This document shows, piece by piece, positions 61,062 through 64,000 of a stretch of 64,000 nucleotides of DNA. The stretch covers positions 137,244-201,243 of the forward strand of contig JBCBZT010000009.1 of the NCBI GenBank assembly GCA_039815185.1, in the 5' to 3' direction. The notes under the pieces were generated by a model. The model had not been told where the DNA came from. It ran no database searches and saw only the letters and a program-made list of their open reading frames with translations. The DNA is from Cyanobacteria bacterium P01_A01_bin.123 (GTDB lineage: Bacteria > Cyanobacteriota > Cyanobacteriia > Phormidesmidales > Phormidesmidaceae). Positions within the stretch are counted from its first letter, which is position 1. Each line of letters opens with the position of its first letter. The translations under genes and the position numbers were made by a program.

Positions 61062-61223
61062 CTAAACAGCGCAGCTAGGGCGCACGCAGTATGCCAAATG
61101 CATGGGATATCCCTTAGCTTCATAAATCCGATCAACACAGGTGAGTGCAGTTTCTAAGTCTCTATAAGCACGGAGAACGCGCTCTTTTCCGTCGGCATAG
61201 CGAATGCAAAGTTCCCAAGACAT
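61062..61223 (-). CDS. Unannotated small protein (53 aa)
   Basis: MSWELCIRYADGKERVLRAYRDLETALTCVDRIYEAKGYPMHLAYCVRPSCAV*; AGGAG RBS upstream; below the ORF-track length cut-off. Confidence 0.7.
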   Translation of the reverse strand: MSWELCIRYADGKERVLRAYRDLETALTCVDRIYEAKGYPMHLAYCVRPSCAV

Positions 61224-61437
61224 ATCTACTCTCTCCTGCTATGGGGTGGGTTTAGTTGAATCGCGCTGACTCAGTGTTCTTATCAACAACTTGGCAGCTA
61301 GCTTTATGAAGCTTTCATCAAGTTGATGTAGCTATCATAAAGTTGTGATCAGGATCATGCACTCCGGGAAATCTACTAATTTGTCTCCGAGAATTTGCGG
61401 ATAAGTTAGTGATTCGCGATCGCGCTAATCTTCCCGA

Positions 61438-61477
61438 GCATTTCTCCCCCAGGCATTTCTCCCCCGGGCATTTCTCC
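61438..61477 (+). repeat. 15-bp tandem repeat (about 2.7 copies)
   Basis: GCATTTCTCCCCC(A/G)G repeated just upstream of the ATPase gene. Confidence 0.8.
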
Positions 61478-61514
61478 TAAGATTAGGTGGAGATCGCCCT
61501 ATGACCTGCTGCTA

Positions 61515-63065
61515 ATGCCTAAATGGTTTAACACCGCTGGCCCCTGCCAATCTGATATTCACTACATGCTCTCTCCGCTGGCGCGGGTACCCCAGTTAGA
61601 GCGCCTGATTGCTCAACGGGGTTATTTTGTGATCCATGCTCCCCGGCAGGTGGGCAAAACCACTGCGATGTTGGCCCTAGCCCAGCAACTCACCGCTAGT
61701 GGGCAGTACGCTGCTGTCATGGTGTCCGCAGAGGTAGGTGCTGCCTTTCCCCATGATCCAGGTTTGGCTGAAGCGGCAATCCTGGATGCTTGGGCAGACG
61801 ATGCCACCTTTTGGCTACCGCCAGATCTTCATCCCCCCGATTGGCCAGCCTCAGAACCCGGTCGGCAGCTTGGGGCTGCTCTGAGTGCCTGGGCCCAAAA
61901 ATCGCCCCGACCGTTAGTGGTATTTATTGACGAAATTGATGCGCTGCAAGATGAGACGTTAATTTCAGTCTTACGCCAACTTAGGAACGGCTATCCTAAA
62001 CGTCCGCATCGATTTCCCCATGCCCTGTCTTTGATCGGGGTGCGGGATGTGCGGGACTACAAAGTTGCTGCTGGTGGCAGCAACCGTCTCAACACCGCCA
62101 GTCCTTTCAACATAAAAGTAAAGTCCCTGACGCTAAGGAACTTTACCGCTGTGGAAGTGGCACAACTCTATGCTCAACACACTGCTGAAACCGGACAGAT
62201 CTTTGAGCCTGAGGCTATCCAACACGCCTTTTCCTTAACTCAAGGGCAACCCTGGCTCGTCAATGCATTGGCCAAAGAAATTGTGGAAGAGATGGTCAGA
62301 GATCAAACTCAGCCCATCACGGTTAAGCATTTTGAGTCTGCTAAGGAAATCCTGATTCAACGGCAGGATACCCATCTAGATAGTTTGGCCAGCATTCTTC
62401 GAGAAGACCGGGTTCGAGCTGTTATTGAACCGATGCTGGCAGGGCAAGAGTTAGGGGATATTCCGAACGACGATCGTCAGTTTTTGGTGGACTTGGGATT
62501 GGTGGTGCGGAGTTCATCTGGAGGGCTAACCCCAGCTAATCCGATTTACCGAGAAGTGTTACCTAGAGTCTTAGCCGGGGGCTCTCAAGATAGCCTACCC
62601 ATGATTCGCCCCAGTTGGCTGACCCCTGACGGAAACCTCAATCCTGAACAGCTGCTCCAGGCATTTCTCAAATTTTGGCGACGGCATGGCCAACCCTTAC
62701 TCAAAAGTGCGCCATACCATGAGATTGCGCCCCATTTGGTATTGATGGCGTTTTTGCATCGGGTGGTCAATGGGGGCGGTACCCTAGAACGTGAATATGC
62801 GATTGGTTCTGATCGGATGGGTCTTTGTCTGCGCTACGGGGCGGTAACCCTAGGGATGGAGCTCAAGGTTTGGCGGGAGGGCCGCCCTGACCCGCTTAAG
62901 GCAGGGTTACAACAGCTAGATCGGTACCTGGCAGGACTGGGATTGAAGCAAGGCTGGTTAGTCATTTTCGATCAGCGGTTAGGGCTCCCGCCGATTGCAG
63001 AACGCACTACCACTGAAGCGGCTGTAACACCGAGCGATCGCGATATTGTCGTGATTCGAGGATAA
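61515..63065 (+). CDS. AAA-like ATPase with C-terminal PD-(D/E)XK-like domain
   Basis: FNTAGPC, HAPRQVGKTT, VFIDEID, TQGQPWLVN, REY...ELKVW, GLQQLDRY. Confidence 0.88.
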   Translation: MPKWFNTAGPCQSDIHYMLSPLARVPQLERLIAQRGYFVIHAPRQVGKTTAMLALAQQLTASGQYAAVMVSAEVGAAFPHDPGLAEAAILDAWADDATFWLPPDLHPPDWPASEPGRQLGAALSAWAQKSPRPLVVFIDEIDALQDETLISVLRQLRNGYPKRPHRFPHALSLIGVRDVRDYKVAAGGSNRLNTASPFNIKVKSLTLRNFTAVEVAQLYAQHTAETGQIFEPEAIQHAFSLTQGQPWLVNALAKEIVEEMVRDQTQPITVKHFESAKEILIQRQDTHLDSLASILREDRVRAVIEPMLAGQELGDIPNDDRQFLVDLGLVVRSSSGGLTPANPIYREVLPRVLAGGSQDSLPMIRPSWLTPDGNLNPEQLLQAFLKFWRRHGQPLLKSAPYHEIAPHLVLMAFLHRVVNGGGTLEREYAIGSDRMGLCLRYGAVTLGMELKVWREGRPDPLKAGLQQLDRYLAGLGLKQGWLVIFDQRLGLPPIAERTTTEAAVTPSDRDIVVIRG

Positions 63066-63106
63066 GAGAATCAGAGATTTTAACAAATATATTCTTGTGA
63101 GACCTC

Positions 63107-64000
63107 TCATTTGTCTCCTGCTATCAACCTTTTCAGTTGCTCTAGCAGATTTAACTTCTCTATGAAATTGGGATCTAGCTCAATCATGAGGATTAAAGCA
63201 GAAAATATACAAGCGCCTACGACTGCATAATCAAGAATGCTTTCAGAAGTAAGTCTGAAGGGTGTTATCTGTAATATTCCTATAAACAGGAGTGGTAGTG
63301 AGGCTCTGAATATGAGACTGCCATATCTCTTAAATTGGCGATTCCTTATTTGACGCTTGGTTATACGGTTTATATTGCTCCTTAATTCATGTACATCAAC
63401 TTTTGGCAATGAATGCCAATCACCTTCTAAGAGCAAATTGAGGCTATCTGAAAACCGATTTAGCAAGCTGTTTTTCGTCTCGTCCATAGGTGTATAGAGC
63501 CATAATTTTAGCTCTCGAAACCCGTTAGAAATTTTGCCCATCTCAATTTCAATCATGTATGAGCTGTAAGCATCCTTGGTTGCAAGGATGCTTACCACTT
63601 CATCTTCAAAATAATCCGCTAGCCGATCAATTTTTTTTACATAGAGATGCCCTAAATTTTACGTCTTCAATATTATTTGTTTCAAGAAGATATAAAATTT
63701 TGAAAACCGATTCAACGATGTAACTGTGCACAAACTGCTTCGTTAATATTCTAGCCAAAGCAAAGCGCATGATTGGGGAAAAGAAGATGTATGCGACAAG
63801 AAAGATCAACAAATAAAGACCAAAAAGCGTCGCCGCAAATGAATAGCTGCTTCTCCAATAAAAACCAAACGTAAAAGTTACCGTAAAGGTCAAGAAGATA
63901 ATCGCCAATGATAAAAAGGCTGCCTTATACCAATAAAGCTGATAATTGAATGATTCTCGGACTTCTTTAGAAGCCGTTGTCAAAAATCCTGCAACGATAA
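63107..64000 (-). pseudogene. AT-rich membrane protein gene split by a homopolymer frameshift (5' end outside the window)
   Basis: ORFs 63627-63983 and 63107-63598 join in frame if the A8 run (T8 at 63631-63638) is A7; frame open to the window end. Confidence 0.7.

Overview
Cyanobacterial chromosome segment; the HIP1 octamer GCGATCGC and heptamer/octamer STRR-type repeats recur throughout, and the gene content suggests a filamentous Leptolyngbya-like organism (inference). Core genes: 5' part of sigA/rpoD (missed by the ORF track), fetA/fetB-type ABC pair, a ChlH/BchH-family paralog, SpoIID/LytB, rimP-nusA-ylxR-infB, pnp, ndhR/ccmR with its operator, trhO, a phytol-kinase-like gene, pyrH-frr. 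A CBS-PAS histidine kinase / Rcp1-like regulator / REC-PAS-GGDEF-EAL cassette lies at 14.7-21.1 kb. The ~19 kb between pnp and ndhR is an accessory region. It holds a CAP protein, a Ser/Thr kinase-AAA-GAF-adenylate cyclase, an uncharacterised FAD/NAD oxidoreductase with an acetoacetate-decarboxylase-fold partner, a shattered secreted-phosphatase-like gene and an ExeM/NucH nuclease. Main observations: (1) an AT-rich TPR + IS6-end segment bounded exactly by two HIP1 sites inside a broken gene; (2) two families of short elements with conserved arms and variable cores at gene-module boundaries; (3) the oxidoreductase/ADC-fold/kinase-cyclase module; (4) frame-preserving mini-repeats inside the chelatase gene; (5) a DUF4058 gene reduced to its two ends, an unannotated 53-aa ORF, and a homopolymer frameshift. 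No rRNA, tRNA or CRISPR array was recognised. All family assignments come from motif recognition by eye, not from database searches.
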